This document shows, piece by piece, positions 41,816 through 50,980 of a DNA stretch of 51,890 nt (the stretch's first letter is position 1; every line of letters begins with the position of its first letter). The notes under the pieces were generated by a model. That model saw nothing but the letters and a program-made list of their open reading frames with translations. It did no database searches and was not told the DNA's origin. Made by a program: the position numbers and the translations under genes. Origin of the DNA: a bacterium (GTDB taxonomy: Bacteria > SAR324 > JACQKK01); assembly GCA_041476685.1 (NCBI GenBank), contig JBGOTW010000002.1:1-51890 (forward strand), given 5' to 3'.

Positions 41816-42370
41816 CTAGGTGGGCCAGACGAGCGGCTGGGCCACCCACATCGTTTCTCCCTCGTACTCGATCTTGACCCAGTTATCCTTCTGCCCGACG
41901 CGGCGGAACGAGGTGTACTTTTCCACCGTGAACCACGTATCCGCCTTGCTGTTCGGCGCTTTGCGGATGTTGGCCTTCTCGGCCTTCACCGTGACGCAAT
42001 CCTCCGTGCCGGAGACCAGCTTCTCTGAGATCCAGTGCAAATCGCCGTCCACATCGCGCACCTTGGTCCACTCGCCTTCCTTGGCCACTTGCAGCAGGGG
42101 CATGTGCCGGTTGACCTCCCAGGTCACGCGATACTTCGGGCCCGGCCCGGCGCGCAGATTGGCCCGCATCGCCTTGACGCATAGTTGCTTGCCCTGAGGT
42201 TGGCCTTGCTCCGGGGACACGCCCAGTGCTTGGGACTTGCCCGTAGGTGTGGCGGTCGCCTGGCCTTGCGCGGGCGGTGCCGCCAACAGGAACGCCGGAG
42301 CCGCCAACAGCGCGGCCGCGAGGGCCAGCGAGCCTAGCGGAGCTTTGCGGATCCAACCAAGCATGTACAT
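41816..42370 (-). CDS. Secreted protein with two bacterial SH3 (SH3b) domains
   Basis: Trimmed to the ATG at 42370 (184 aa). A signal peptide MYMLGWIRKAPLGSLALAAALLAAPAFLLA is followed by two repeats of the pattern A.NLRAGPG.......V....PL.V....GEW.KV.D.DG..GW (ANLRAGPGPKYRVTWEV...EWTKVRDVDGDLHWI; ANIRKAPNSKADTWFTV...NWVKIEYEGETMWV). Confidence 0.75.
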   Translation of the reverse strand: MYMLGWIRKAPLGSLALAAALLAAPAFLLAAPPAQGQATATPTGKSQALGVSPEQGQPQGKQLCVKAMRANLRAGPGPKYRVTWEVNRHMPLLQVAKEGEWTKVRDVDGDLHWISEKLVSGTEDCVTVKAEKANIRKAPNSKADTWFTVEKYTSFRRVGQKDNWVKIEYEGETMWVAQPLVWPT

Positions 42371-43024
42371 CGCGGTACGAACCTCGGGTGAAACCGGTTG
42401 CCCAGCAGGCGCACTTCCCGCGCCTAGGGAGAGCGGCTCATCGTGATGGGAGGCGTGCTGTCTTGTCAAGGCAACGTGCGTGACGGAACAGCCACATAGC
42501 TTAAAGCGGACAGCCCCTTGCGATGGCTCGCGCTGCGCCAAGCGCGATGCGTGTCTTCCGCCAGATCGCATCCCTGCGGGCTTCGCCACGCGTCCGCTAC
42601 TATCCCTGTTGCCGGGATAGGCGTACACTATAGGTGGAACAAGGGCCACGCGAGCAATCCACCCTTGGACTGAAAGGCGAGTCATGGAGGATCAGACAAT
42701 CTATTCTACACAGGGTAACCAGTGAAAGATCTGGCGAAAGTGGCTGAAATGCCAAGCCGCCGGACCCCTCCCCTTCCGGGAGATGCTGGCACCCCGCGAG
42801 CGAGGATGTAACGGGAAGCACCTTGAATGGTCCACCGCTCCGGGTCCAGCCTCTTGAGAGGGTGGGTGGCCGGCGGCTCTTCTTCGTACGCACGCTCTTG
42901 CTCGACCCAGTCGTGTTTTCTATCCCGCACGCATCGTAGGACCTTCGCCTCGGTATTCCGAAGGGAGAACGGCTCGAATGCGCGAAAGCGCACACCTCCC
43001 GCGGTCCAGTTGTCCTCGACCGGC

Positions 43025-43879
43025 TCAGAACTTCGCTTCGAATGCCGTCGCCATGATCCTCGGCTCGCTGGAATGGGCAAGCCAACCCTCGCGCCGCTCG
43101 CGCAGCCAGCGCTCATTCAGGCGTTCCGACTCCTCACGCACAGCGTCGCGCCCCCCCGCATAGAAGGCCGCTTCCGCCACCAAGAACAGCAGGGCGACAG
43201 GCACGTTGTGCTGATCGTAGGAAACGACGGATCCAGCCAGCAAGAGCAGGTTCACTCCCAGGGCCGTGGCCGCCCTTCCTGGTTCGCCCAACACGAAGAA
43301 GCCGGATCCGGGCAGCGCCGTAGACCAGGCGACCGCATGGTCGACGCGATAGGGCGGCGACTCCAGCAGCGCTGCGAGGTCCGGCTCCCCCGCGAGCAGG
43401 GGTTGTGCCTCGCCCAGCCGACCTTGCCGCAGCCAGGAGAAACCCAGCAGCCGTCGGGCATCCTCTGCGACCGGGCTCCTGGGCTTGCGGTCCAGCAGCG
43501 AGAGCAGCATTACGTCCGCATCGGCCAGCCGTCCCGCGCGGTAATGCAGTTTGGCACGCGCCAACTCCACTTCGGGGCGCAGGGGATGGCCGGGCGCCTC
43601 GATCAGGAATGCCAGCATCTCCGATTCGGCGCGAAAATCGTCTCCCGCGCGGAACAGGGACTCGGCGAAGCCCAGGCGTGCCGGAACCGAGTCGGCAGTC
43701 GAATGCGCTTCCCGCCGAGCGTCGTCCGCGGCGGCCCGCGCAGCCTTGGGCGCGAGGCTCACACACACCAGCGCGACGAACAGCGCCGCGCGCCATGCCC
43801 GTGCCCGTCTCTGACGGAGCGCGCGCCTGGCTGCGGCGTTCGCAATGTAGCGGGTGGAAGTTGCCGCTGAATGCGACAT
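43025..43879 (-). CDS. Hypothetical TPR-like protein with C-terminal membrane segments
   Basis: Trimmed to the ATG at 43879 (284 aa). It has a signal/anchor AALFVALVCVSLAPKAARA, helical-repeat-like sequence (LGFAESLFRAGDDFRAESEMLAFL...AKLHYRAGRLADADVMLLSLL...GFSWLRQGRLGEA) and hydrophobic stretches GVNLLLLAGSVV and VALLFLVAEAAFYAG. Confidence 0.5.
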   Translation of the reverse strand: MSHSAATSTRYIANAAARRALRQRRARAWRAALFVALVCVSLAPKAARAAADDARREAHSTADSVPARLGFAESLFRAGDDFRAESEMLAFLIEAPGHPLRPEVELARAKLHYRAGRLADADVMLLSLLDRKPRSPVAEDARRLLGFSWLRQGRLGEAQPLLAGEPDLAALLESPPYRVDHAVAWSTALPGSGFFVLGEPGRAATALGVNLLLLAGSVVSYDQHNVPVALLFLVAEAAFYAGGRDAVREESERLNERWLRERREGWLAHSSEPRIMATAFEAKF

Positions 43880-44169
43880 TGAGGCCGTTCCGATACCGCC
43901 GCTCCTGTTTGGGCAGGTGACGCCCGTTGCAGAAGGAAGCGGACTTTGACATGCGCGCACGGGCGCGCCCGCAATCCAGCGGCGCAGGCGAGCTCGGCCG
44001 CGAGGGGCTCTCCGTTATGCTACGCTGAGGCTCGCAACGCCCGCGGGGCTCCTGCGCCGCCAGAGTGGTGTTCGCGGAGCCCGCACATCCGTCGCCCGGC
44101 CGCGCAGACCCGTCGGCCAGGATAGCCGGCAACCGTTACGCACCGGACCCTCTACTCCCAATCAAGGTC

Positions 44170-45378
44170 ATGGAGCAATCCATCCTCGTACGGTTCTCGG
44201 AGATCACGCTCAAGGGCAAGAACCGATACCGGTTCGAGGAGCGCATGGCACGCAACATCCGCCTGCACCTGAAGCCCCACGGTAAGTACCGGATGGGCCG
44301 GAGCAGCGCCCGCATGACTGTCGGTGGCGAGGGCGACCTGGAGCTTGCCGCGTCCATCCTGAAGGGGCTGCCCGGGGTCGCCAATGTCAGCCTGACCCGA
44401 CCGGCTGAGCGCGAGCCGGAACCCCTCGCCGCGGCCGCAGTCGCGTTCATGGCGACGATGCTGGCCGAGACTGAACCGCGCCAAGACCGCCCCCTGGCCT
44501 TCCGCATCGAGGCGCGCCGGAAGGACAAACGCTATCCGCTGCGCTCGATGGATCTGGCCGCTCTCCTGGGGCGAAAGGTGCTTGAGCGCTTCCCGCATCT
44601 GGTCGTGGACCTGACGACCCCGGACCTCGTCCTCAACGTGGAAATCTGGCCCGACGGGGCGCTGCTGTTCGCCGAAAAGCTCGCGGGACCGGGCGGGCTG
44701 CCCGTCGGATCGAGCGGCAAGGCCCTGTGCCTGCAGAGCGCGGGCATCGACAGCCCCGTCGCGGCGCACCTGATGATGACGCGCGGCCTCAGCGTCGTCC
44801 ATCTCAATTTTCACGGCGCCCCGTTCATCGGCGCGCAGAGCAAGGAGAAAGTGCACCAGGTCGTGCGCTTTCTCGCCCGCCACCAGCCCCACAGCCGCCT
44901 CTATGTTGCGCCCTTCGGCGAGGTGCAGCAGCAGATCCGGGACAAGTGCCCGGAGCGGCTGCGCACCCTGCTCTACCGGCGGCTGATGAATCGCGTGGCC
45001 AATGTCGTCGCGCGCAGGGAGCACTGCCTCGCTCTCATCACCGGGGAATCCGTCGGCCAGGTCGCCAGCCAGACCCTGCGCAATCTTCAGGCGATCCATG
45101 CGGTCGCCGAGCTGCCCGTCCTGCAGCCTCTGATTGGCCTGTCGAAGCGGGAGATTGTCCACCGGGCGCAGGCGCTCGGCACCTATCCCATCTCCATCCA
45201 GCCCTATCCGGATTGTTGCACGCTCTTCCAGCCCCGCCATCCGGAGACGGGTGCCACGCTCGAGGCCCTCGAGCAGGCGGAAGAGGCACTGGCGATGCAG
45301 GAGCTGGTGGACGTCTGCGTCGCGCGGCTGGAGCGGACGGACTATGGCCCCGAGTACTACCCCGCCACGTGGGAGTAG
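44170..45378 (+). CDS. thiI: tRNA 4-thiouridine(8) synthase ThiI (short form, no rhodanese domain)
   Basis: Trimmed to the ATG at 44170 (402 aa). It begins MEQSILVRFSEITLKGKNR.RFE (ferredoxin-like/THUMP N-terminus), has the PP-loop LQSAGIDSPVAAHLM, then ALITGESVGQVASQTLRNL. Confidence 0.9.
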   Translation: MEQSILVRFSEITLKGKNRYRFEERMARNIRLHLKPHGKYRMGRSSARMTVGGEGDLELAASILKGLPGVANVSLTRPAEREPEPLAAAAVAFMATMLAETEPRQDRPLAFRIEARRKDKRYPLRSMDLAALLGRKVLERFPHLVVDLTTPDLVLNVEIWPDGALLFAEKLAGPGGLPVGSSGKALCLQSAGIDSPVAAHLMMTRGLSVVHLNFHGAPFIGAQSKEKVHQVVRFLARHQPHSRLYVAPFGEVQQQIRDKCPERLRTLLYRRLMNRVANVVARREHCLALITGESVGQVASQTLRNLQAIHAVAELPVLQPLIGLSKREIVHRAQALGTYPISIQPYPDCCTLFQPRHPETGATLEALEQAEEALAMQELVDVCVARLERTDYGPEYYPATWE

Positions 45379-46894
45379 CGGCCTGACTCCAGGGCAACGC
45401 CTTACGGTGCGCCTGGAGCGTCCCGCCGCCCAAGGGCGCACGGTCGCCGTCCACGACGGCCTCGCCCTGCTGGTCGCGCGGGGCGCGCCGGGGGAAGAGG
45501 TTGAAGTGGTAGTGGATCGAGTCGAGGCGCGGCACGCGTTCGCTCATGTCGTCTGCGTTCTTAGCCCCGCGCCGGAGCGGGTCGAAGCGCCCTGTCCCCA
45601 CTTCATCCGCTGCGGCGGCTGCGACTTGCAGCACCTCGTCTATCCTGCGCAATTGGCGCTCAAGCGGCTGGCATTCGCGGACCAACTTGCCCGTATCGGC
45701 GGGCTGGAGGCCCCCTCCTCGTTCGAGATTGTTCCGTCACCTGCGCCCCTGCGTTATCGGGACCGGCTCGACTTCCTGCTGCGGCGCGACGGGGAGACGC
45801 TCCGCCCGGCCTTTCACGGCGCGCATGGCGGGCTCGCGTTGCCCATTGACGACTGCCGGCTGGCTCCCGAGGAATTGACGAGGCTGGCCCAGGACATCGG
45901 CGCGGCGCTGGCGTCCCTGCCCGCCAGGGCAACGCCGGAGCGAGTGCGGGTGCAGGCGTTCGCGAAAGACGGAGCCGCCGGCATCGCCTTCGCAGCAACG
46001 CTCATGACGGCCACTCCCGCTGGGGCACGGACACTCGCCCGGCTGAGCGGGCGCTGGCTGCCGGCCCTGCTCGCCGCCCATCCCGCCATTGCGCACCTCG
46101 CCGTGGCCGTGCGGCCGCAAAGCGGTAAGGAACGCGGTGGCCAGCAACATGGTGGCGAGGACAATGACGACACGGACTACGCCACGGTCTTCCACGGCGA
46201 GCCTCTGCTGACACGGCGCATCGGGAAGTGGAACTATCGCGTTCCGCCGCAGGCATTCTTCCAGGTGCACGCCGGCCAGGCCGAGCTTCTCGTCACCCAC
46301 GTGATGGAGGAACTCAGCCGGAGTCTGGGGACGGGCAAAGGGGGGACCAGCCGAGCGGTGTTCGATTTGTTCTGCGGCACGGGCCTGTTCAGCCTGCCCC
46401 TGGCCGCAGCCGGCTACCGCGTGCTCGGAATTGAAGCCTCCGCAGGCGCCGTGCGCGCGGCTCGGGTCGCCGCGCGGGAGGCCCAGGCGCGGCAGGAGTT
46501 CGGTGTCGGAGGCCGCAAGCCGGAATTCAAGGTGCGCAATCTCGACGGCAAGGGTGCCCTGGAGGAAATCGTGCAGCAGGCCGGCCGACCCGCTGCCGTC
46601 GTGCTGGATCCCCCGCGGCGCGGCCTATCTGCGCACCTGGCGCGGAGCCTGCTGGCCGTGCGGCCCGCGGTCGTGGTGTACGTATCCTGCGACGGGGGCA
46701 CGTTTGCCCGCGATGCCGCGCGGCTGGCGGCGCGCTACCACTTGGCTTACGTGACCGGGTTCGACCTGTTTCCCCAGACCCACCACCTGGAGATCGTCGG
46801 TACGTTCCTGCTGCGCGGATTGAGCCTCACAGACGTGCCAGCAAGGCCAGGGAACGCGGCTCGCGCTCCAACTGATGCACCAGATAACGCGTGA
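45344..46894 (+). CDS. 23S rRNA/tRNA (uracil-5-)-methyltransferase, RlmD/RumA/TrmA family (TRAM plus Fe-S plus SAM MTase)
   Basis: It has a TRAM-like N-terminus (VRLERPAAQGRTVAVHDGLALLVARGAPGEEVEVVVDRVEARHAFA), the Fe-S motif CPHFIRCGGCDLQH, SAM motifs DLFCGTGLFSLPLA and VVLDPPRRG, and a C-terminal VSCDGGTFARD...FDLFPQTHHLE. The start is uncertain: either the ATG at 45344 overlapping thiI by 35 nt, or the GTG at 45407. Confidence 0.8.
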   Translation: MAPSTTPPRGSSGLTPGQRLTVRLERPAAQGRTVAVHDGLALLVARGAPGEEVEVVVDRVEARHAFAHVVCVLSPAPERVEAPCPHFIRCGGCDLQHLVYPAQLALKRLAFADQLARIGGLEAPSSFEIVPSPAPLRYRDRLDFLLRRDGETLRPAFHGAHGGLALPIDDCRLAPEELTRLAQDIGAALASLPARATPERVRVQAFAKDGAAGIAFAATLMTATPAGARTLARLSGRWLPALLAAHPAIAHLAVAVRPQSGKERGGQQHGGEDNDDTDYATVFHGEPLLTRRIGKWNYRVPPQAFFQVHAGQAELLVTHVMEELSRSLGTGKGGTSRAVFDLFCGTGLFSLPLAAAGYRVLGIEASAGAVRAARVAAREAQARQEFGVGGRKPEFKVRNLDGKGALEEIVQQAGRPAAVVLDPPRRGLSAHLARSLLAVRPAVVVYVSCDGGTFARDAARLAARYHLAYVTGFDLFPQTHHLEIVGTFLLRGLSLTDVPARPGNAARAPTDAPDNA

Positions 46895-47609
46895 CTGCCT
46901 GGCTCAGCTCCTTGAGGGCCAAACGTGTCGGCTTGACCGTTGCGGAACCACTTCCGTGGCCGCGCCAAGCGGCCAGGAAGGCGAGCGTCCCCGCGGACAG
47001 GGACACGAGCGCCCGTCCGGACGATGCGCAGCGCGGACAGCGCACGCCGCCCGCAGCGAGGTCGAACTGATGCTCCCCCGCCTGGGTCGGAACGAGCCGC
47101 GCGCCTTCCTCGCGATATAGGGGCAACCCGCAGTTGCGGCAGGAGGAGAAGTCCGGCGCAACCCCCAGTGCGTCGAGGAAGTCCAGCTCGTAGTCCACGC
47201 GCTGCAGCGCCAACTCCGGCGCCTGCTCCTCGCACAGGCGCGCCAGTGCGCCTGCCAGCAGCAGGTAAAAGCGTTCCGCCTCGGCAGGCGAGATGGGGCA
47301 CAGGCTGATCAGCTCCGCGAAGTACCCCGCCAGGACGAGCTTGCCGTAATCCCGCTGCAGGAACAGATAGGGAGGATGCGGGTCGCACTTGCGGATGCTG
47401 ACGAGGTCGCTTCCGGTACGTTCCGTGTAGTGCATGACGCCGAGGGTGAAGGGCTCGAAGCTGCCAACGCCGCGCCCTGTGATCTTGCGGCTACCCCGCA
47501 CGACGCCCGCCAGGCGTCCCCGATCGCGCGCCAGGAACGTCACCAGCACGTCGCTCTCCTGGAGCGACTGCTGCTTCAGGATCACTGCTTCGGACGACAA
47601 TAAGTCCAT
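46827..47609 (-). CDS. recO: DNA repair protein RecO
   Basis: 260 aa. It begins MDLLSSEAVILKQQSLQESDVLVTFLARDRGRLAGVVRGSRK (OB-fold N-terminus), with a later zinc-finger-like C..C...C..C arrangement (CRNCG...RCPRCAS). Confidence 0.85.
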   Translation of the reverse strand: MDLLSSEAVILKQQSLQESDVLVTFLARDRGRLAGVVRGSRKITGRGVGSFEPFTLGVMHYTERTGSDLVSIRKCDPHPPYLFLQRDYGKLVLAGYFAELISLCPISPAEAERFYLLLAGALARLCEEQAPELALQRVDYELDFLDALGVAPDFSSCRNCGLPLYREEGARLVPTQAGEHQFDLAAGGVRCPRCASSGRALVSLSAGTLAFLAAWRGHGSGSATVKPTRLALKELSQAVTRYLVHQLEREPRSLALLARL

Positions 47610-47890
47610 GCCCGGCTATCCGGCGCCACCCAGTCGGGTTGGCGCCGCTCCCTTGACTTAAGTGCGTTGCGCACGAACTCAGTCCCACGCCAGCAAGCGC
47701 GAAGCACTCCAGCCCGGCGTGAGCCAGTCCCTGCAGGCGCCGCCGACAGCTCTTCGGACCCTGTTCCACCTTTTCGCTGCCGCTCCGCAGACGGCCGACC
47801 CGGTCTACCCCTGGGTGGATGCACGCAGGGGCTTTGCTGCACCAGGACCGCCGGACGCTGGCATCTGCGCAGCATCGGGCGCGGATGCGT

Positions 47891-48661
47891 TCACGCCACG
47901 TCCGGTGTGAGGCGCACGGGGATGCCTTGCGCGTGCAGGGCGCGCTTGAGCTGTGGGACGGTCATCTGCCCATAATGGAAGATCGAGGCCGCCAGCACGG
48001 CATCCGCCTTTCCGATCGTCAGGGCGTCCACGAAGTGCTGCACCGTACCGCCTCCGCCGCTGGCGATGACCGGGATGGGTAGGCTGCCGCTGATGCGGGC
48101 GGTGATCTCCAGGTCGAAGCCGGACTGCCGGCCGTCCCGGTCCATGCTCGTCAGCAGGATCTCCCCGGCGCCCCGGCGCGCGGCCTCCTTGGCCCAGGCC
48201 TCCGCGTCCAGGCCGGTGGGCCGGCGTCCGCCATGGGTGAAGACTTCCCAGCGCTCGCCGCTGCGCTTCACGTCGATGGCGACGACGATGCACTGGGAGC
48301 CGAAGCGCAGCGCGCCCTCGCTGATCAGGTCCGGATTCTGGATCGCCGCCGTGTTGAGGGACACCTTGTCCGCGCCCGCGGTGACAATGCGGTGGATGTC
48401 GTCGACGGTTGAAAGGCCGCCGCCGATCGTGAACGGGATGAACAGGACGCGAGCCAGCCGGGCAGCCAGATCCAGCGTCAGGCCCCGGTTCTCGTGGCTG
48501 GCCGTGATGTCGAGGAACACCAGCTCGTCGGCGGACTGCTCGTTGTAGCGCCGGGCCAGCTCGAGCGGGTCGCCCGCGTCACGCAGGCCAACGAAGCTGA
48601 CGCCCTTGACGACCCGGCCATCCTTGATGTCGAGACAGGGAATGATGCGCTTGGCCAGCAA
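47891..48661 (-). CDS. hisF: Imidazole glycerol phosphate synthase, cyclase subunit HisF
   Basis: Trimmed to the TTG at 48661, with AAGGGAG 7 nt upstream and 2 nt after the hisA stop. The product begins (M)[31 protein letters not shown]...[11 protein letters not shown]...IPFTIGGG...KVSLNTAA...VVAIDV...[14 protein letters not shown]...[10 protein letters not shown] (256 aa). Confidence 0.9.
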   Translation of the reverse strand: MLAKRIIPCLDIKDGRVVKGVSFVGLRDAGDPLELARRYNEQSADELVFLDITASHENRGLTLDLAARLARVLFIPFTIGGGLSTVDDIHRIVTAGADKVSLNTAAIQNPDLISEGALRFGSQCIVVAIDVKRSGERWEVFTHGGRRPTGLDAEAWAKEAARRGAGEILLTSMDRDGRQSGFDLEITARISGSLPIPVIASGGGGTVQHFVDALTIGKADAVLAASIFHYGQMTVPQLKRALHAQGIPVRLTPDVA

Positions 48662-48663
48662 GG

Positions 48664-49416
48664 TCAGGCTCCCTTCGCGGGACGGGGAACGACCGGCGGG
48701 CGCGGGCGGAGGCGCTCCAGCGGGAGTGCGCCCTCGTAGATCGCCTTGCCGACGATGACCCGGTCCACGCCCAGGGGCTCCAGTTCCGCGAGCCGGTCGA
48801 GATCCTCCGCCCCGGAGACCCCGCCTGAGGCCGTCACGCGCAACCCCGTTCGCTCGGCGAAGGCGCGGATGGCGGGCAAATTCGGTCCGCTGAGCGCACC
48901 GTCGCGGGCGATATCGGTGAAAATGACGCGCTCGATCCCGCGGGCCTTCCACTGCCTGGCGAAGTTTACCGCTTCCAGCGCGGTGTCCTCGACCCAGCCG
49001 GAGACGGCGACATTTCCCTCTCGTGCGTCCAGGCCCAGCTGTACGCGCGCGCCGGAAAAACGGGCCAGCGCTTCCTCGACGATCCCGGGCTGGCGCACGG
49101 CCAGCGTCCCCACGATCACCGAATCCACCCCCAAGTCCAACATGCGCCGCAGATCCTCCAGCGTGCGCAAACCGCCGCCCAGCTCGATAGGCAGGCCCAC
49201 CGCCGCGCGGATCGCCCGCAGCGCGGCCAGGTTGGCAGGCTGGCCATGGAATGCGCCGTCCAGGTCCACCACGTGCAGCATCGCCGCTCCCGCGGCCTCG
49301 AACGAGCGGGCCACCGCCGCCGGATCCGTGCTATAGACCGTCTCCCGGTCTGCGCGGCCCTGCAACAGCCGGACGCAGCGTCCGTCCTTCAGATCGATGG
49401 CGGGCAGAACCCACAT
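48664..49416 (-). CDS. hisA: ProFAR isomerase HisA
   Basis: Trimmed to the ATG at 49416 (250 aa). It reads [20 protein letters not shown]...LHVVDLDGA...IELGGGLR...DSVIVGT...[10 protein letters not shown]...VTASGGVS. Confidence 0.9.
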   Translation of the reverse strand: MWVLPAIDLKDGRCVRLLQGRADRETVYSTDPAAVARSFEAAGAAMLHVVDLDGAFHGQPANLAALRAIRAAVGLPIELGGGLRTLEDLRRMLDLGVDSVIVGTLAVRQPGIVEEALARFSGARVQLGLDAREGNVAVSGWVEDTALEAVNFARQWKARGIERVIFTDIARDGALSGPNLPAIRAFAERTGLRVTASGGVSGAEDLDRLAELEPLGVDRVIVGKAIYEGALPLERLRPRPPVVPRPAKGA

Positions 49417-49610
49417 GGGCGTGTCCAAGTCCCGGGCGTGCGACGGCGGACACAAGCGCTCCCGGCAAGGGCAATCTGCGGCCGCCGCAGGGCGGAACGG
49501 TTGGCCGGGTTACGCGGAACGTGCCACGCTTGTCTCGACAGCCTAACATGGCGCGCGCACCGTAGGCAGCCAGGACCGTGTGCAGCCTGCACGTTGGGCG
49601 GCCGGCTCCG

Positions 49611-49642
49611 TAGCTAGCCGGCGCCGCAGCTAGCCGGCGCCG
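49611..49642. repeat. Tandem duplication of a 16-nt palindrome-rich unit in the hisA / purM-like divergent intergenic region
   Basis: The sequence reads (t)agctagccggcgccg (c)agctagccggcgccg. Each unit contains the overlapping palindromes GCTAGC, GCCGGC and GGCGCC. Confidence 0.8.
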
Positions 49643-49747
49643 TGGGCATTCAGCGCCGCAGCCAGCGCAGCCCGGGTCCCGGCTCGCGGCATGGCCGGTG
49701 CCCTTTGTGACGGTTCGTTCCGACCCCCAAGGAGTCCGAGGTTCGCC

Positions 49748-50941
49748 ATGGCCGACCCGACCTCCGCAGAGCGGTACCGGGCCAGGGGCGTGTCGGCGCG
49801 GAAGGAAGACGTGCACGCGGCGCTCCAGGGCGGGGATGCGGGGCTATTCCCCATGGCCTTCTGCAAGATCGTGCCCGACATCCTGACTGGCGATGCTGCC
49901 TGGTGCCTGGCGATGCACGCCGACGGGGCAGGCACCAAGAGCGCGCTGGCTTACCTCGTCTACCGGGAATCGGGCGATCTGTCGGTCTTCCGCGGCATCG
50001 CCCAAGACGCGCTGGTGATGAACCTGGATGACCTGCTCTGCGTGGGGGCGCAGGGGCCCTTTGCGCTGTCCAACACCATCGGCCGCAATGCCCGCCGCGT
50101 GCCGGGCGAAGCGATCGCCGAGATCATCCACGGCTACGACGCGCTGGCCGGGCAATTCCGCGCCTGGGGCGTCGAGATCGTGCCGACCGGCGGCGAGACT
50201 GCCGACGTGGGCGACCTGGTCGGCACGCTGATCGTGGACGCCACGTTGACCACGCGCATGCGCCGCAGCGAAGTGATCGGGAACGATCGCGTGCGGCCGG
50301 GCGACGTCATCATCGGGCTGGCGTCCTTCGGCCAGGCGACCTACGAACCCCGCTACAACGCGGGCATCGGCAGCAACGGCCTCACGTCCGCGCGGCACGA
50401 CCTGCTGCACAAGGACTACGCCCTCAAGTACCCGGAGACCTTCGATCCGGATCAGCCGGAGCCCTTGCGCTACAGCGGACCGTTCCACGTCTCCGACCCG
50501 CTCGAGGGCACCGGGATCACGATCGGGCAGGCGTTGCTCTCGCCGACGCGAACATTCGCCCCGATCATCGTGCCGCTGCTGGGAGAGCACCGCGACCACA
50601 TCTCCGCGCTCGTGCACTGCACGGGGGGCGGGCAGACGAAGTGTCTGCGGGCGGGCGAGGGCATCCATTACGTGAAGAGCGACCTGTTCCCGCCTCCGCC
50701 CCTGTTCCGCGCGATCCGCCGCGCCAGCCAGACCCCCTGGCGCGAGCTTTACCAGGTCTTCAACATGGGGCACCGATTGGAGATCATCGGCCCGGAGGAC
50801 CTGGTGCCTGTCGTGGAAGAGTTGGCCAGCCGCGTCGGCGTGGACGTGCGCGTCGTCGGCCACTGCGAGGCTTCGCCGCTCGGCGCCCGCAACTTGCTCA
50901 CGCTCACCACGCCCGGCGGCGTGGAGCGCTACGAGGGCTAG
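49748..50941 (+). CDS. purM: AIR synthase-related protein (long-form PurM-like phosphoribosylformylglycinamidine cyclo-ligase)
   Basis: Trimmed to the ATG at 49748 (397 aa). It has AMHADGAGTKS (DG.GTK motif), DDLLCVGA, PTGGETAD and SNGLTSAR.. HCTGGGQTK. It is longer than the classical ~345-aa PurM, so the exact function is less certain. Confidence 0.65.
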   Translation: MADPTSAERYRARGVSARKEDVHAALQGGDAGLFPMAFCKIVPDILTGDAAWCLAMHADGAGTKSALAYLVYRESGDLSVFRGIAQDALVMNLDDLLCVGAQGPFALSNTIGRNARRVPGEAIAEIIHGYDALAGQFRAWGVEIVPTGGETADVGDLVGTLIVDATLTTRMRRSEVIGNDRVRPGDVIIGLASFGQATYEPRYNAGIGSNGLTSARHDLLHKDYALKYPETFDPDQPEPLRYSGPFHVSDPLEGTGITIGQALLSPTRTFAPIIVPLLGEHRDHISALVHCTGGGQTKCLRAGEGIHYVKSDLFPPPPLFRAIRRASQTPWRELYQVFNMGHRLEIIGPEDLVPVVEELASRVGVDVRVVGHCEASPLGARNLLTLTTPGGVERYEG

Positions 50942-50980
50942 GCCGGCCCGCCAAGGCGAGTGCCCGGCGCGCATTCTCCT

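Noticed and set aside
42371-43024. RNase P RNA, tmRNA or SRP RNA in the unassigned region.
   Set aside because: I looked on both strands for GGAAAGUCCGG / ACAGAA..CGGCUUA (RNase P), for a GGGG...UUCGAC 5' end with a T-arm plus UCCACCA 3' end (tmRNA), and for the GUCCGGAAGGAAGCAGC helix (SRP). Only loose resemblances turned up (GGGGUCCGGCGG, UUCCACCUA).
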